64,000 nt of DNA from an uncultured Gammaproteobacteria bacterium (GTDB taxonomy: Bacteria; Pseudomonadota; Gammaproteobacteria; Steroidobacterales; Steroidobacteraceae): NCBI GenBank assembly GCA_963791825.1, contig CAWBUE010000001.1, positions 276,007 to 340,006 of the forward strand, given 5' to 3'. A program made the position numbers and the translations under genes. The notes beneath the pieces are model-generated. The model was not told the origin of the DNA. It did no database searches and worked only from the letters and a program-made list of their open reading frames with translations. Positions 63,749-64,000 of the stretch are shown here, piece by piece. The number at the start of each line of letters is the position of its first letter. The first letter of the stretch is position 1.

Positions 63749-64000
63749 CTATCGGACCGCGTCCCGGGCCGGCTTTTTTTGGAACGCTCCAAGGGATTGC
63801 AGCAATCCAGGAAATTGCACCGGGAGCTCTCGAGCAAGAAATCCGAGCGGCCCTACCTTTCTGCTCAGCGCTGCTCCCGACTTGGCATGCACAAACACGC
63901 TCCAAAGGCAGGCACTCAATGGTGTCGCCCCGCGCGCCACTAATGCCGTCATCAGGCCGGCGAGCGTATCGCCTGAACCGGCGGTTGCAAGCCCAGCCAC
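63749..64000 (-). CDS. NAD(P)H-hydrate dehydratase (Nnr/YjeF C-terminal domain), 3' fragment; 5' end lies outside the window
   Basis: The open frame reaches the right edge. ATAGSGDTLAGLMTALVARG is the conserved GSGD(V/T)LAG motif near the C-terminus of YjeF-type dehydratases. Confidence 0.8.
   Translation of the reverse strand: MAGLATAGSGDTLAGLMTALVARGATPLSACLWSVFVHAKSGAALSRKVGPLGFLARELPVQFPGLLQSLGAFQKKPARDAVR

Overview
High-GC (about 60-65% in hand-counted samples), gene-dense proteobacterial-type chromosomal window. I recognised no rRNA, tRNA, transposase, integrase, phage gene or CRISPR array. Landmarks, left to right: (1) transport and housekeeping genes (PotF-like binding protein, hydrolase, APC permease, pirin), then a small low-GC islet with two orphan secreted proteins. 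(2) A compact red-type Calvin-cycle operon cbbL-cbbS-cbbX-cbbY-cbbF-cbbP on the minus strand, with divergent cbbR. (3) An N-methyl-amine catabolic operon: two dimethylglycine-dehydrogenase-like genes, a GbcA-like Rieske oxygenase and a trypsin/PDZ protein, with a divergent LysR regulator. (4) HiPIP, hydrolase, tandem YjbR, ROK kinase, and argE coupled to a molybdopterin oxidoreductase. (5) A 2098-aa soluble poly-HAMP hybrid histidine kinase (11 exact 276-nt repeats) followed by a REC-HK-REC gene. (6) A HipA-like kinase plus DUF3037 two-gene module. (7) A ku / MerR-TPR / ligD NHEJ operon in which ligD is broken twice, each time at a segment bracketed by direct repeats exactly 50 nt apart. (8) A c-di-GMP and phosphorelay cluster: degenerate GGDEF-EAL, a Y_Y_Y propeller hybrid kinase, REC-HPt and REC-PAS-GGDEF-EAL. 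(9) SDR, DUF2252, kelch-like, hydrolase and Nnr genes. About 13 reading-frame breaks interrupt otherwise well-conserved genes, and many sit in short homopolymer or CG runs. The sequence is therefore either error-prone (homopolymer indels) or the genome is accumulating pseudogenes, and all gene calls should be read with that caveat.
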